A DNA stretch of 58,379 bases from an uncultured bacterium (GTDB taxonomy: Bacteria; CAIJMQ01), in contig CAIJMQ010000043.1 in assembly GCA_903821905.1 (NCBI GenBank), positions 1 to 58,379 on the forward strand, read 5' to 3'. Made by a program: the position numbers and the translations under genes. The notes under the pieces were generated by a model. That model worked only from the letters and a program-made list of their open reading frames with translations. It was not told the origin of the DNA and did not search any database. Shown in pieces: positions 8,853 to 18,723 of the stretch; the first letter of the stretch is position 1, and each line of letters begins with the position of its first letter.

Positions 8853-11201
8853 TTAGCTTGTAAACTTAAATCCTTTTTCTTTGAATAGTCTTATACATGC
8901 GTCTGCTACCTGGGGGTCATATAGAACCCCTTTATTTTTAAAAATTTCTTCTAATGCTATATCTATACCGAATGCTTCATGATAAGGCCTGTAGGCGGTC
9001 ATTGCTTCCACAACATCAGCTACACTAAGAATCCTTGCCTCAAGCATAATATCATCGCCTTTTAGTCTATCGGGATATCCGGAACCATTTATTCTTTCGT
9101 GGTGTTGGAGTACAATTTTCGCGACTGGCCATGGGAATTCTACTGTTTTTAATATATCATATCCCATTTTGGAATGAGTTCTGACTAAATCCATTTCTAT
9201 ATCAGTCAATTTTGAAGGTTTCCCAAGGATTTCTGCAGGAACTGCTATTTTACCTACATCATGAATAAGTCCTGCCATGCGGACTGCGTCTATCTGCTCT
9301 TGGGGTAATTTCATCTCTTCGGCTATAGCACATGCAAGCTGTGTTGTTTTTTGCTGGTGACCGGAAGTATATAAATCCCTTATTTCAACTGCAGATGCTA
9401 AAGCGGTTATCGTTTCTTCAAAAGCTCTTTTTAGTTTCTGGAAACTTTTTTCAAGTTCTTCTTCTGCTTTTTTTCGGTCAGTTATGTCAATCATCGTTGT
9501 TCTGACACTGGTGATTTTATCATTGCTATCATATTCAAATATGTCATCAATATTAACATGAAAATTTTTACCATCTTTTGTTACATATATTCGGTCTTTT
9601 GCTTCAGGGATAGATTTACCTGCTATCTTTAGCAGGAATCTTTTTTTTGCTTCTTCTTTTTGTTCCGACAGTATAAAATCAAATATAGGTTTCCCTATCA
9701 TCTCTTCAGGTTTATATCCAAACATTTTTGCCTCAGTGTGGTTTACGCTTGTTATAATCCCTTTTTTGTCCAAGATATGATACGCAACAGGGGCATCATC
9801 CCATAGTTCTCTGTATCTCTCTTCGCTAGTTTTGAGGGCTTCTTCTACAAATTTGTGTTCACTTATATCTCTGCAAATAGCCAACATGCTTGTTACTTTT
9901 CCTTTATCATCTTTTAATAGGGTTATAGACATTTGCGTAGGGAATACAGTCCCATCTTTTTTTGTATGATAAAGTTCACCTATCCATTCGCCCTTTGTCC
10001 TTATTTGTTGCAATTTTTTCTTAACCTCTTTTTTCTGTTCATCGTTATGTAAATCTAAAACTTTCATCTTAATTATTTCTTTGGGGGAATAACCGTGCAT
10101 TTTGGCAAAAGAATTATTTGTATATATCAAATTTTCTTCCAAGTCGCAGATTACTATTCCATCATTAGATTGTTCAACGGCAGAACTGAGTTTTTTTATC
10201 TCTTCTTCCGCCTTTTTACGTTCAGTAGTATCTTGAGATGTAAGAATTGCACCCTGGGGAAATGGTGAGATCGTTATGGACAAGAATTTACTGCCATATT
10301 TTTGTTCAGAGAATGTTTTTGTTTTTCCTAAACGAATGCACTCCATTAATTCAGAATACATATCAAGTTCGTGTTTATTTGCATAATCTTTATACATTAT
10401 GTCCCCGATATTTGGTAATCTGTCGCCGGATTTCTTTTTTGTTAAATTGAAACTAACGATTTCCCCTTTAGTATTTACGACTATGGTTTCTATCGGATTA
10501 TATTCAAATAAAGTTCTACTAAATTCTTCGTTTTTCTTTAATTGGTCCTCAACCCGTTTACGTTCTGTAATGTCTTGTATGGTTACCCGAATACCTGTGA
10601 TTTGTCCATTATCATCTAATAGAATCCTGTCATTTAGCAGAACCAATATTGAAGTCCCGTCTTTATGACGATAAGTGCGTTCAAAATGTGGAGATGGTGG
10701 AATAATTCCTTTAATTTTGTCCATGAATGCCTGATGTGATATTTCACGTTCCACAACAAAATCCCATACATAGTGTCCCAACATTTCCTTAGCAGTATAA
10801 CCAAGCATTTCCAACTCGGTGTGGTTAACCTGTGTGATTTTTCCCTCAATATCCAGTTCGTGGTAACCAATAGGTGCTTCATTAAACAATTCCTGAAGTT
10901 TTACGTCACGGTTTTTTAGTTCGTTTTCTATCCGAGATTCCAGGAAAGCGTAGAAAAGAGAACCCCACATTATGGGTATTAATATTCCGATAATGTCTCC
11001 GTAGATGTCAAAAGCATTGTTTACGCCGGTCCGTTCGAAAACATTACAGAGATGATAAAACAAAATTAAAGTAAGAAGTCCCAAAAAAAAGAACTTAATA
11101 CCCGGGTGCGAAACAGACTTCCACCTGGATAAAAAAATTATAAAAGCTATTGCAATAGTAAAAAAAGAAATAGTGTCAAGAATATTTATTATTAACTCCA
11201 C
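8853..11201 (-). CDS. Membrane-anchored multi-PAS HD-GYP phosphodiesterase (c-di-GMP signalling)
   Basis: N-terminal TM helices, at least four PAS-like repeats, and a C-terminal HD domain with HDVGK and HHERINGSGYP (HD-GYP) motifs; 782 aa. Confidence 0.85.
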   Translation of the reverse strand: MELIINILDTISFFTIAIAFIIFLSRWKSVSHPGIKFFFLGLLTLILFYHLCNVFERTGVNNAFDIYGDIIGILIPIMWGSLFYAFLESRIENELKNRDVKLQELFNEAPIGYHELDIEGKITQVNHTELEMLGYTAKEMLGHYVWDFVVEREISHQAFMDKIKGIIPPSPHFERTYRHKDGTSILVLLNDRILLDDNGQITGIRVTIQDITERKRVEDQLKKNEEFSRTLFEYNPIETIVVNTKGEIVSFNLTKKKSGDRLPNIGDIMYKDYANKHELDMYSELMECIRLGKTKTFSEQKYGSKFLSITISPFPQGAILTSQDTTERKKAEEEIKKLSSAVEQSNDGIVICDLEENLIYTNNSFAKMHGYSPKEIIKMKVLDLHNDEQKKEVKKKLQQIRTKGEWIGELYHTKKDGTVFPTQMSITLLKDDKGKVTSMLAICRDISEHKFVEEALKTSEERYRELWDDAPVAYHILDKKGIITSVNHTEAKMFGYKPEEMIGKPIFDFILSEQKEEAKKRFLLKIAGKSIPEAKDRIYVTKDGKNFHVNIDDIFEYDSNDKITSVRTTMIDITDRKKAEEELEKSFQKLKRAFEETITALASAVEIRDLYTSGHQQKTTQLACAIAEEMKLPQEQIDAVRMAGLIHDVGKIAVPAEILGKPSKLTDIEMDLVRTHSKMGYDILKTVEFPWPVAKIVLQHHERINGSGYPDRLKGDDIMLEARILSVADVVEAMTAYRPYHEAFGIDIALEEIFKNKGVLYDPQVADACIRLFKEKGFKFTS

Positions 11202-11203
11202 CG

Positions 11204-11473
11204 CTAAAACTCCTTCTTACCAAGTGTTTTCCAACACCATATAACTATCAGTACTGAACCTGTCAAGTAACATAGGTGTCCCAGGAGGTTGAGGAATTGT
11301 CCCCAAAACAAACCATCCAAGACAGTAGCGACCCAACCAATAAAAAACGCCAGGAATCCTCCAATTAAAATTTTAGATACCATAAGCTTTTTTCGAAGAA
11401 AGCGATTTCCTACGATGAAAATTAAAACTCCTATTGCAAGCATAAGCATGACAAATTCATTTTTTTGAATCAT
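11204..11473 (-). CDS. Small two-TM membrane protein, 2 nt upstream of the HD-GYP gene
   Basis: Hydrophobic 89-aa ORF placed as if translationally coupled to the downstream PAS/HD-GYP gene. Confidence 0.45.
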   Translation of the reverse strand: MIQKNEFVMLMLAIGVLIFIVGNRFLRKKLMVSKILIGGFLAFFIGWVATVLDGLFWGQFLNLLGHLCYLTGSVLIVIWCWKTLGKKEF

Positions 11474-11504
11474 TTTTGAGCTTCCTTACAGTTTTTGCCA
11501 CTCT

Positions 11505-12197
11505 TTATTTACTATAACTATTCAATAAACCTATCAACGGTTTTGCGTAATCAGGCATATTCACTCTCTTGTTAAAAACTATATCTTGGAGTGTAATGTC
11601 TTTTATATTGTAAAACTTCTCATTGGCAGTATTATCGTTTAGTAGTATACCGCCTTCAAATGATGCCCCTGCATATAGTCCTTTTGCTCTTGAATATACA
11701 AGTATAGCTGTACCAGGGCCAACTTTGGCTTCTGCATCTCTTCCCACCGGTCCTACAGCAGCTGAAGCATCAACACCAATCTTGAACTTGGTCTTGTTTA
11801 GCATTTCCATACCATCTTTGTTCATGATTAGGAAGATGGAATCTATTGATTGTCCCCCGATTTGTAGGCCAAAACTTCCTTCTCCTGTTTGTATGAATGC
11901 AGGAGGACTCCATTGCTTGGTACTATCGTCTTTAACAAGAACTACTCCCTGGCCTCCCTTTACTCCAAAAACAAATCCTGCCTTGTATTGGCGAAGGATT
12001 ATTACTCCATGGCAGCTTTCCATGATTGATTTTGGAATGGCCGTATCCGGTGCTTCCATGATATCCTTAAGATATTCATGCGCTCTATCAATGCGTTCTT
12101 TAAGTTCACTGCTTGTTTGAGCAAAACTGCTGATCGGAACTAAAAGGCCCAAAACAAGAACAAATAAAAATATCTTACTTCTTACAAATTTATTCAT
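11505..12197 (-). CDS. SYLF (DUF500, Ysc84-like) lipid-binding domain lipoprotein
   Basis: Signal peptide, then the SYLF signature region (GGQGVVL...SFGLQIGGQSID...KFKIGVDASAAVGP); 230 aa. A strong RBS (AAGGAGGGAG) sits upstream. Confidence 0.7.
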   Translation of the reverse strand: MNKFVRSKIFLFVLVLGLLVPISSFAQTSSELKERIDRAHEYLKDIMEAPDTAIPKSIMESCHGVIILRQYKAGFVFGVKGGQGVVLVKDDSTKQWSPPAFIQTGEGSFGLQIGGQSIDSIFLIMNKDGMEMLNKTKFKIGVDASAAVGPVGRDAEAKVGPGTAILVYSRAKGLYAGASFEGGILLNDNTANEKFYNIKDITLQDIVFNKRVNMPDYAKPLIGLLNSYSK

Positions 12198-12310
12198 ACT
12201 CCCTCCTTTTGTTTTTGTATCGCTTTAAGTGTTTTTATAACTGAGTTCTCATTTCTGCCAAAATAATCGTGGAGTTTTTCATATTCTTTGAATATTGTAT
12301 CATACTACCT

Positions 12311-12499
12311 TTAGCTCCTGCAGCTACATCTAACCCAGTTTGACGACAGTTTTGTTTTGCCGTTAGGTAAAACTTGGTAAATTACGCCGTCTGGATAGGG
12401 AAAAACTGGTGTAGCAATTTCTTTCCCACTATTAAATGAAACGAGTACTGTGCGGGCTGATTCTGTGCCGAAATCTATTCCAATGGAATATCTATCCAT
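12311..12499 (-). pseudogene. Truncated N-terminal remnant of an FGGY-family ribulokinase (AraB-like)
   Basis: The 62-aa ORF begins IGIDFGTESARTVLV...GKEIATPV...LPNGK. This matches the first ~55 residues of AraB-type ribulokinases, then stops. Its start codon overlaps the hisD stop (ATGGATAG). The rest of the ~550-aa kinase is absent. Confidence 0.6.
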
Positions 12500-13757
12500 T
12501 TTTTTTACTTCTTACTTTAACCGCATTGAAATGATTTTTTAGCTGTTCAGCGTCTGTAAATGATTTTAAGAAAGGTGCAAATTTCTCTAACGAGGATTTG
12601 TTAGCAGAAATTACATTGATACATTTTAAAAAATCTTTTACACCAAGAGCAGAGTCCCATCTTCCTGTTTTAGAAGTGGGTAATATGTGGTTAGGTCCAG
12701 CTATATAATCTCCAAGTGTTACTGGTGCGTAGTGTCCCAAGAATACCGTTCCTGCGCTTTTTATTTTATCTAACCACTTGGAAGGGTTTTTAATTGCAAG
12801 AATAAGATGTTCTGGTGCTAATTTATTAACTTCTTTGAAAGCTTCTTCTAAATCCTGAACCATATAAATGCCGCCATTCTCCTGCCACGATTTTCTCGTA
12901 TTCTCGTCACAAGTTGAAAGAAGAACTTTTATTTTTTCTGTTACTTCTCTGCATATCTCGGTAGATGTTGATATCAAAATCGCAGGTGAATGTGGCCCAT
13001 GTTCTGTTTGGGATAGAAGGTCATATGCGATAAACTTTGCGTTAGCAGTGTCATCGGCAATAATGGTTACTTCAGAAGGCCCTGCTAATATGTCTATGCC
13101 TACTTCTCCGTAGAGTAATTTTTTAGCCAATGTTACATAGATATTTCCCGGCCCGACTATTTTATCGACTTTAGGGATAGATTCTGTTCCATAAGTTAAT
13201 GCTGCTATTGCCTGAGCTCCTCCAACTTTATATATTTCTTTTATACCCAAAAGATTAGCAGTAGCAAGTATGTGTATATCAACTTCACCTTTTTTTTGAG
13301 GAGGAGTTGCAATTATTATTTTTTCTACACCTGCTATTTGAGCAGGAATTGCAGCCATTAAAAGCGAAGATGGCAGGGGTGCTTTTCCTGCAGGTACATA
13401 TATCCCTACTTTTTGTAATGGCTTAAAAGTTTCACCCACTAGAATTCCGTCTTCTTCTTTGGTCCAGTCTTTGAATTTTTCTTTTTGTATCCGGTGAAAA
13501 TTTTCTATTCTTTCTTTAGCTTTTTTGATAGCTGTTATAAAAGCTTTATTTACTTTTGAGCGAGCATTTTTTATCTCTTTTTCAGGTACTTTAATCTTGT
13601 CAATCTTTATACCGTCGAATTTGTATGTATATTCTTTTAGTGCTTTATCGCCTTTTTCTCTTACTGCTGAAATTATAGAGCTTACAATTTCCTTTTCTTT
13701 TAATTCTAATTCTCTTTTTTCGCCTTTTAATCTTTTACTCTCTTTTATTGCTCTCAT
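12492..13757 (-). CDS. hisD: Histidinol dehydrogenase
   Basis: Conserved HisD motifs (KEYTYKFDG, GGAQAIAALTYGTESIPKVDKIVGPGNIYV, SQTEHGP); 421 aa. Confidence 0.9.
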   Translation of the reverse strand: MRAIKESKRLKGEKRELELKEKEIVSSIISAVREKGDKALKEYTYKFDGIKIDKIKVPEKEIKNARSKVNKAFITAIKKAKERIENFHRIQKEKFKDWTKEEDGILVGETFKPLQKVGIYVPAGKAPLPSSLLMAAIPAQIAGVEKIIIATPPQKKGEVDIHILATANLLGIKEIYKVGGAQAIAALTYGTESIPKVDKIVGPGNIYVTLAKKLLYGEVGIDILAGPSEVTIIADDTANAKFIAYDLLSQTEHGPHSPAILISTSTEICREVTEKIKVLLSTCDENTRKSWQENGGIYMVQDLEEAFKEVNKLAPEHLILAIKNPSKWLDKIKSAGTVFLGHYAPVTLGDYIAGPNHILPTSKTGRWDSALGVKDFLKCINVISANKSSLEKFAPFLKSFTDAEQLKNHFNAVKVRSKKNG

Positions 13758-15016
13758 TCTTTTACTCTTTTTATTTTCGCACCTAAAGAAGCCAACTTCT
13801 CATCTATTTTAGGGTACCCTCTATCAATGTGATATACCCTGTTTACTTCGGTCCTGCCCTTTGCAGCAAGTCCAGCAAGGACTAAAGCAGCGGAAGCTCT
13901 CAAGTCAGAAGCCATTACGGGAGCTCCCTTAAGTTCTCCGCCCTGAATCATTGTTGTCGGACCCTCTCTCATTATTTTTGCTCCCATACGAAGAAGTTCT
14001 GCAACATGCATAAACCTGTCAGGATATATTTTCTCGTGAATGAATGATATTCCCGGAACAGTTGTAAGGAAAGCTGTCATCTGTGCTTGTAAATCTGTAG
14101 GAAATCCCGGATAGGGAAGAGTGGTAATTTCTAATGATTTCAGGTCTTTACCTGCTTTTACTTTTATCCCTCGTCCAGTATATGTAACTTCAACTCCACA
14201 CTCAATCAGTTTATCTATAAATACTGTCAATAATTTAGGGTCTATATCTTCTACTTCGACTTCGCCTCTGGATATAATTCCGCTGATTAAATATGTCCCG
14301 GCTTCTATGCGGTCACTTATAATAGTGTGTTCTGCTCCGTGTAATTCTTTAACGCCTGTCACCGTTATTGTGGGGCTTCCCAAACCTTGAATTTTAGCTC
14401 CCATTTTAATAAGAAGATTACCCAAATCTACAACCTCCGGTTCACAGGCAGCACCTTCAATTGTTGTATCTCCTTTAGCGAATACGGATGCCATCATTAT
14501 ATTGGCTGTCCCTAAGACCGTAGAGCCGAAATTTCCCGCTAAATAGATTGATGCCCCGTTTAATTCCTTAGCATTTGCTACTACATAACCGTCCTTGAGT
14601 TGAATATCCGCTCCTAATCTCATTAGACCTTTAAGGTGCAGGTCAATAGGTCTTGTTCCTATTATGCAGCCTCCAGGGTATGATACTTCTGCTTTTTTGA
14701 ATCTTGTTAAAAGTGGTCCCAGAACGCAGACAGATGCTCTCATTTTGCTGACCATCTGATATGGCGCTCTCCATTTTTTCACATTGGTTGAATCTATGCT
14801 TAAAGTATCTTCGCTTAGCCATTCTATTTTTGAGCCCAGTGCAACAAGAAGTTTTATCATTGTATGGACATCAATAACACGAGGAATATTTTTTAGTATA
14901 AACTTGGAAGGCGAAATTAGACACGCTGCTATTAGAGGAAGTGAAGAATTTTTTGCTCCTGATACTTTTACTTTTCCTTTTAATGGACAAAGCCCATCTA
15001 TTACAATTTTATCCAT
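13754..15016 (-). CDS. murA: UDP-N-acetylglucosamine 1-carboxyvinyltransferase
   Basis: EPT-family motifs (KVSGAKNSSLP, active-site Cys region SVCVLGPLL); 420 aa. Confidence 0.9.
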   Translation of the reverse strand: MDKIVIDGLCPLKGKVKVSGAKNSSLPLIAACLISPSKFILKNIPRVIDVHTMIKLLVALGSKIEWLSEDTLSIDSTNVKKWRAPYQMVSKMRASVCVLGPLLTRFKKAEVSYPGGCIIGTRPIDLHLKGLMRLGADIQLKDGYVVANAKELNGASIYLAGNFGSTVLGTANIMMASVFAKGDTTIEGAACEPEVVDLGNLLIKMGAKIQGLGSPTITVTGVKELHGAEHTIISDRIEAGTYLISGIISRGEVEVEDIDPKLLTVFIDKLIECGVEVTYTGRGIKVKAGKDLKSLEITTLPYPGFPTDLQAQMTAFLTTVPGISFIHEKIYPDRFMHVAELLRMGAKIMREGPTTMIQGGELKGAPVMASDLRASAALVLAGLAAKGRTEVNRVYHIDRGYPKIDEKLASLGAKIKRVKE

Positions 15017-15082
15017 TTTCTTTTAATTTTTTTACTTTACAATTATATCTTTTCTTTAGCCTATGGTCTATAGCCTGTAACT

Positions 15083-16072
15083 TTATTTAAGCTGTTTTTC
15101 TACTGTTTCAAAGACTTCATCAATACTTATTTTACCCATACACTCATGATTTTTCGAAGGGCAGATTCGGTGTTTACAAGGTGAACAAATGACATCTTTT
15201 TTTATTATAACTGAAGGGCCCAATGGCGAAGTCCTATCAATGTTTGTAGGACCGAAAATAGCTATTGTCGGAATATTTAAAGCAGAAGCTACATGCATCG
15301 GGCCGGTATCGTTTGTGATGAAAACATCGCATTTTTTTATAAGAGCCATCAATTCTCTGGTTGTAGTTTTGCCGCAGAGGTTTATCGCATCTTCTATGTC
15401 TTCTCTTATAATTTCTCCCAATTCTTCTTCTTTCCTGCTACCGAAGATTAAAACCTTAGCATTTTTATTTTCTGTAATTTTTCCTGCAAGTGACCAGAAG
15501 TTTTTTACCCCCCACATTTTTGCAGAACCATAACTTGCTCCTGGGCACATGCCTATTATTATAGTATCTTTATTAATCCCTAAACTTTCTAACATGCGGT
15601 CTGTTTTTGTAATTTCCTCATTCGTCAAATAAAGAAACGGATTTTTAGGAAGTTCATTCCCGGAGACTAACTTCTTAATGATTTCAAGATAATAATCTCG
15701 CTGATGGAGTTTATCTAAATTTTTAGGTAAAGGAATTTTTTCAGTCAAAAAAGCATTTCTAAAATCGGTTTTATAACCGATGCGTTTCTTTAAGCCCGAA
15801 AGGTAAAAAAGACAAGCGGAAGAAAAAGAATTTGTAAAGAGAATCCCAACATCAAAATTTAATTTTTTAATATTTTTAATGAGAGAAATTTTAGGTCTAT
15901 CCAGAGAAATAATCTCATCGACTGAAGGATGATTTAGGAAAATTTCCTTAACCCAATCCTTAGCAAGTACAGTAATGTGAGCCCGCGGCATTTTCTCTTT
16001 AAGGTATGTAATGCTTGATAAACAGAGGACTGCATCTCCAATCCAGTTAGGACTACGGATAATAATTTTCAT
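15083..16072 (-). CDS. ADP-heptose:LPS heptosyltransferase (GT9, WaaF/WaaC-like)
   Basis: N-terminal IIRSPNWIGDAVL motif and GT9 C-terminal NDTGPMHVA; 329 aa. Confidence 0.85.
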   Translation of the reverse strand: MKIIIRSPNWIGDAVLCLSSITYLKEKMPRAHITVLAKDWVKEIFLNHPSVDEIISLDRPKISLIKNIKKLNFDVGILFTNSFSSACLFYLSGLKKRIGYKTDFRNAFLTEKIPLPKNLDKLHQRDYYLEIIKKLVSGNELPKNPFLYLTNEEITKTDRMLESLGINKDTIIIGMCPGASYGSAKMWGVKNFWSLAGKITENKNAKVLIFGSRKEEELGEIIREDIEDAINLCGKTTTRELMALIKKCDVFITNDTGPMHVASALNIPTIAIFGPTNIDRTSPLGPSVIIKKDVICSPCKHRICPSKNHECMGKISIDEVFETVEKQLK

Positions 16073-16123
16073 AGGTAATTAAGGATTTTACTTCCAGCCT
16101 TTTGTATTATAATATAAACCACT

Positions 16124-16765
16124 ATGAAAATAGAACCCGAAAAAACAATCTTGTTTATTGGAGACTCTATTACTGATTGTGGACGAAGTCGTCCCATAGG
16201 TGATAATAAGACAGGATTAGGGAATGGCTATGTATCTATTATTGATGCGCTTATTGAAGCTGTTTATCCCCAAAAGCATATTAGGGTACTTAATACCGGT
16301 GTTAGTGGCAACAGAATAACGGATTTGCAGGAACGCTGGCAGAGTGATGCGCTTTCCTTAAATTCTGATTGGCTATCGATTATGATTGGTATCAACGACG
16401 TCTGGAGACAATTTGATGACCCTCTTAATCCTGTCCAAGTTACAAAAGAACAGTTCAGGAAAGTTTATGAAAAACTGATTCAAAATACAGCCGCTTCGTT
16501 AGATGGGTTGGTGTTGATGACTCCATTTTATCTGGAGACAAACCGTAAAGACCCAATGCGGAAATTAATGGATGAATATGGAGAAGTAGTCAAAAATCTT
16601 GCAAAGAAACACGGAGCTATTTTTGTTGATGTCCAGAAATCATTTGACCAATATCTAAAACATAAACCAACGCAATCATTGTGTTGGGATAGAGTTCACC
16701 CCAATCTCGCAGGTCATGCTATTATTGCCAAAAGCTTTTTGGAGGCGATTGCATTTAAGTGGTAA
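16124..16765 (+). CDS. SGNH/GDSL hydrolase
   Basis: Block I FIGDSITD, block III GINDV, block V DRVHP; 213 aa. Confidence 0.8.
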   Translation: MKIEPEKTILFIGDSITDCGRSRPIGDNKTGLGNGYVSIIDALIEAVYPQKHIRVLNTGVSGNRITDLQERWQSDALSLNSDWLSIMIGINDVWRQFDDPLNPVQVTKEQFRKVYEKLIQNTAASLDGLVLMTPFYLETNRKDPMRKLMDEYGEVVKNLAKKHGAIFVDVQKSFDQYLKHKPTQSLCWDRVHPNLAGHAIIAKSFLEAIAFKW

Positions 16766-16855
16766 AATTCTAAATTGAAAAGCAAAAATACAAAAATTTT
16801 TAAGGTATAATATCGGAAGTAAAAATTAATTAACCTGAATATAAGGAGTCAAAAA

Positions 16856-17977
16856 ATGGCAGCTTTAAAATTTGAAGGTCTGGCAATGACGCCGCCTATG
16901 GGATGGAATACCTGGAATACTTTTGCATCAAATATAAATGAAAAATTAGTAAAAGAAACTGCAGAGGTTTTAATCGCAAATGGAATGCAGAAAGCGGGCT
17001 ACAAATATATTGTGATTGATGACTGCTGGGAAACAATGGAAAGAGATAAAAATGGTAATCTTGTGGCTGACCCGAAGAAATTCCCAAGCGGGATGAAAGC
17101 AATGGGTGATTATCTCCACAAAAAGGGATTTAAGTTTGGTATACACAACTGTGCAGGGACAAAAACGTGTGCTAGTTATCCCGGCGGCAGAGGACACGAA
17201 TTTCAAGATGCCAGATTATATGCTTCCTGGGGTGTAGATTATCTGAAATACGATTGGTGTTTTCACGGCACTGCTAATGCACAAGAAACATATAAGACAA
17301 TGAGTGATGCAATCCGTACTGCAGGCAGGCCTATTGTATTCAGTCTTTGCGAATGGGGGGAAAGTAAACCTTGGGAATGGGCAAAAGATATCGGCCATTT
17401 ATGGAGAACGACAGGTGATATTGCTAATTGCTATGCTTGCAGAAGACCTTGGTCAATGGGCTGGAAAATTATCCTTGATATGCAAAACGGCCTTGAAAAA
17501 TATGCAGGTCCCGACTATTGGAATGACCCCGATATGCTTGAAGTGGGGAATACAGGTATTACTTTGGAAGAATCCAGAGCACATTTTAGTTTGTGGTGTA
17601 TCTTGGCTGCACCTTTAATGGCCGGCAATGATGTCAGAAGTATGTCCAATGATATCCGTGACATCCTCACTGACAAAGAAGTAATTGCTGTTGACCAGGA
17701 CCCTTTAGGAAAACAGGGTTACAGGTATTATACCGACCCTGGAAAAGAAATATGGGTCAAAGAATTGTCAAAAAATGAATGGGCAGTATGTGTATTTAAC
17801 AGTAGTGATAAGACAAGCGAAGTTAAAGTAAACTGGAAAGATTTTTACTTCTTCAAGGGCACCTATAAGGTTCGTGATTTGTGGCAGAAAAAGAATATCG
17901 GCACAACTGAAAAAGATTTTACCGGTAAAGTTGCTTCGCATGATGTAGTACTGTTCAGGTTGAGCCCGGTTAAATAG
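16856..17977 (+). CDS. GH27 alpha-galactosidase / alpha-N-acetylgalactosaminidase, apparently cytoplasmic
   Basis: PMGWNTWN and IVIDDCW catalytic-region motifs, no signal peptide; 373 aa. Confidence 0.85.
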   Translation: MAALKFEGLAMTPPMGWNTWNTFASNINEKLVKETAEVLIANGMQKAGYKYIVIDDCWETMERDKNGNLVADPKKFPSGMKAMGDYLHKKGFKFGIHNCAGTKTCASYPGGRGHEFQDARLYASWGVDYLKYDWCFHGTANAQETYKTMSDAIRTAGRPIVFSLCEWGESKPWEWAKDIGHLWRTTGDIANCYACRRPWSMGWKIILDMQNGLEKYAGPDYWNDPDMLEVGNTGITLEESRAHFSLWCILAAPLMAGNDVRSMSNDIRDILTDKEVIAVDQDPLGKQGYRYYTDPGKEIWVKELSKNEWAVCVFNSSDKTSEVKVNWKDFYFFKGTYKVRDLWQKKNIGTTEKDFTGKVASHDVVLFRLSPVK

Positions 17978-17994
17978 ATATAATAAATCCTACT

Positions 17995-18642
17995 TTGATT
18001 CAAATACTTTTTGAAAATAAGGATATCGTTGCAGTCGATAAACCTGAAGGACTTGCCTCAATTCCCGAACGTGATCTTAGTAAAGATTGTCTGCTTTCTT
18101 TACTTTCGTCAAAGTTTAAAGAAAAACTTTATGTTGTCCATCGGCTTGACAAAGAAGCAAGCGGTATCATTCTCTTTGCCAAGAATGCTGATGCTCATAA
18201 ATATTTGAATAAACAATTTTTTAACCATACTATTAATAAAACCTATCTTGCATTGACACACGGAATTATTAAGGAAGAAAACGGTGCAATTGATAAACCC
18301 ATAAGACAATTTGGTTCAGGGCGTATGGGAGTGGATTTAAAGATAGGGAAAGCATCTACTACCAAGTTTCATGTCATAAAAAAGTTTGATTCTTACACAC
18401 TTGTAGAAGCATATCCTTTAACAGGGCGCAGACACCAAATCCGCGTTCATTTGTACAGCATTGCTCATCCGATAGTCGGCGATTTGCGTTATGGAGACAA
18501 GACATTACAGGAAAAGTTCCCACGCCTGATGTTGCACTCACAAAAAATAACCTTCTCATTATCTTCGGAAGAAAGAATAACTGTTGAATCCCCAATTCCA
18601 GAATCTTTTAATATGGTTATAGAAAATATTCGGAATGAATGA
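17995..18642 (+). CDS. RluA-family pseudouridine synthase (no S4 domain)
   Basis: Catalytic HRLDKEASG motif; 215 aa. Confidence 0.8.
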   Translation: MIQILFENKDIVAVDKPEGLASIPERDLSKDCLLSLLSSKFKEKLYVVHRLDKEASGIILFAKNADAHKYLNKQFFNHTINKTYLALTHGIIKEENGAIDKPIRQFGSGRMGVDLKIGKASTTKFHVIKKFDSYTLVEAYPLTGRRHQIRVHLYSIAHPIVGDLRYGDKTLQEKFPRLMLHSQKITFSLSSEERITVESPIPESFNMVIENIRNE

Positions 18643-18723
18643 TATAGTTGTTTACTGTACAAATTTGTTTAGGTATAGATTTATAACGAATAACAGAAGA
18701 ATAAATAAAAAGGAGGTTGGATT

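Noticed and set aside
11623-12120. 165-aa ORF on the plus strand
   Set aside because: It is antisense to the SYLF lipoprotein gene and has no RBS.
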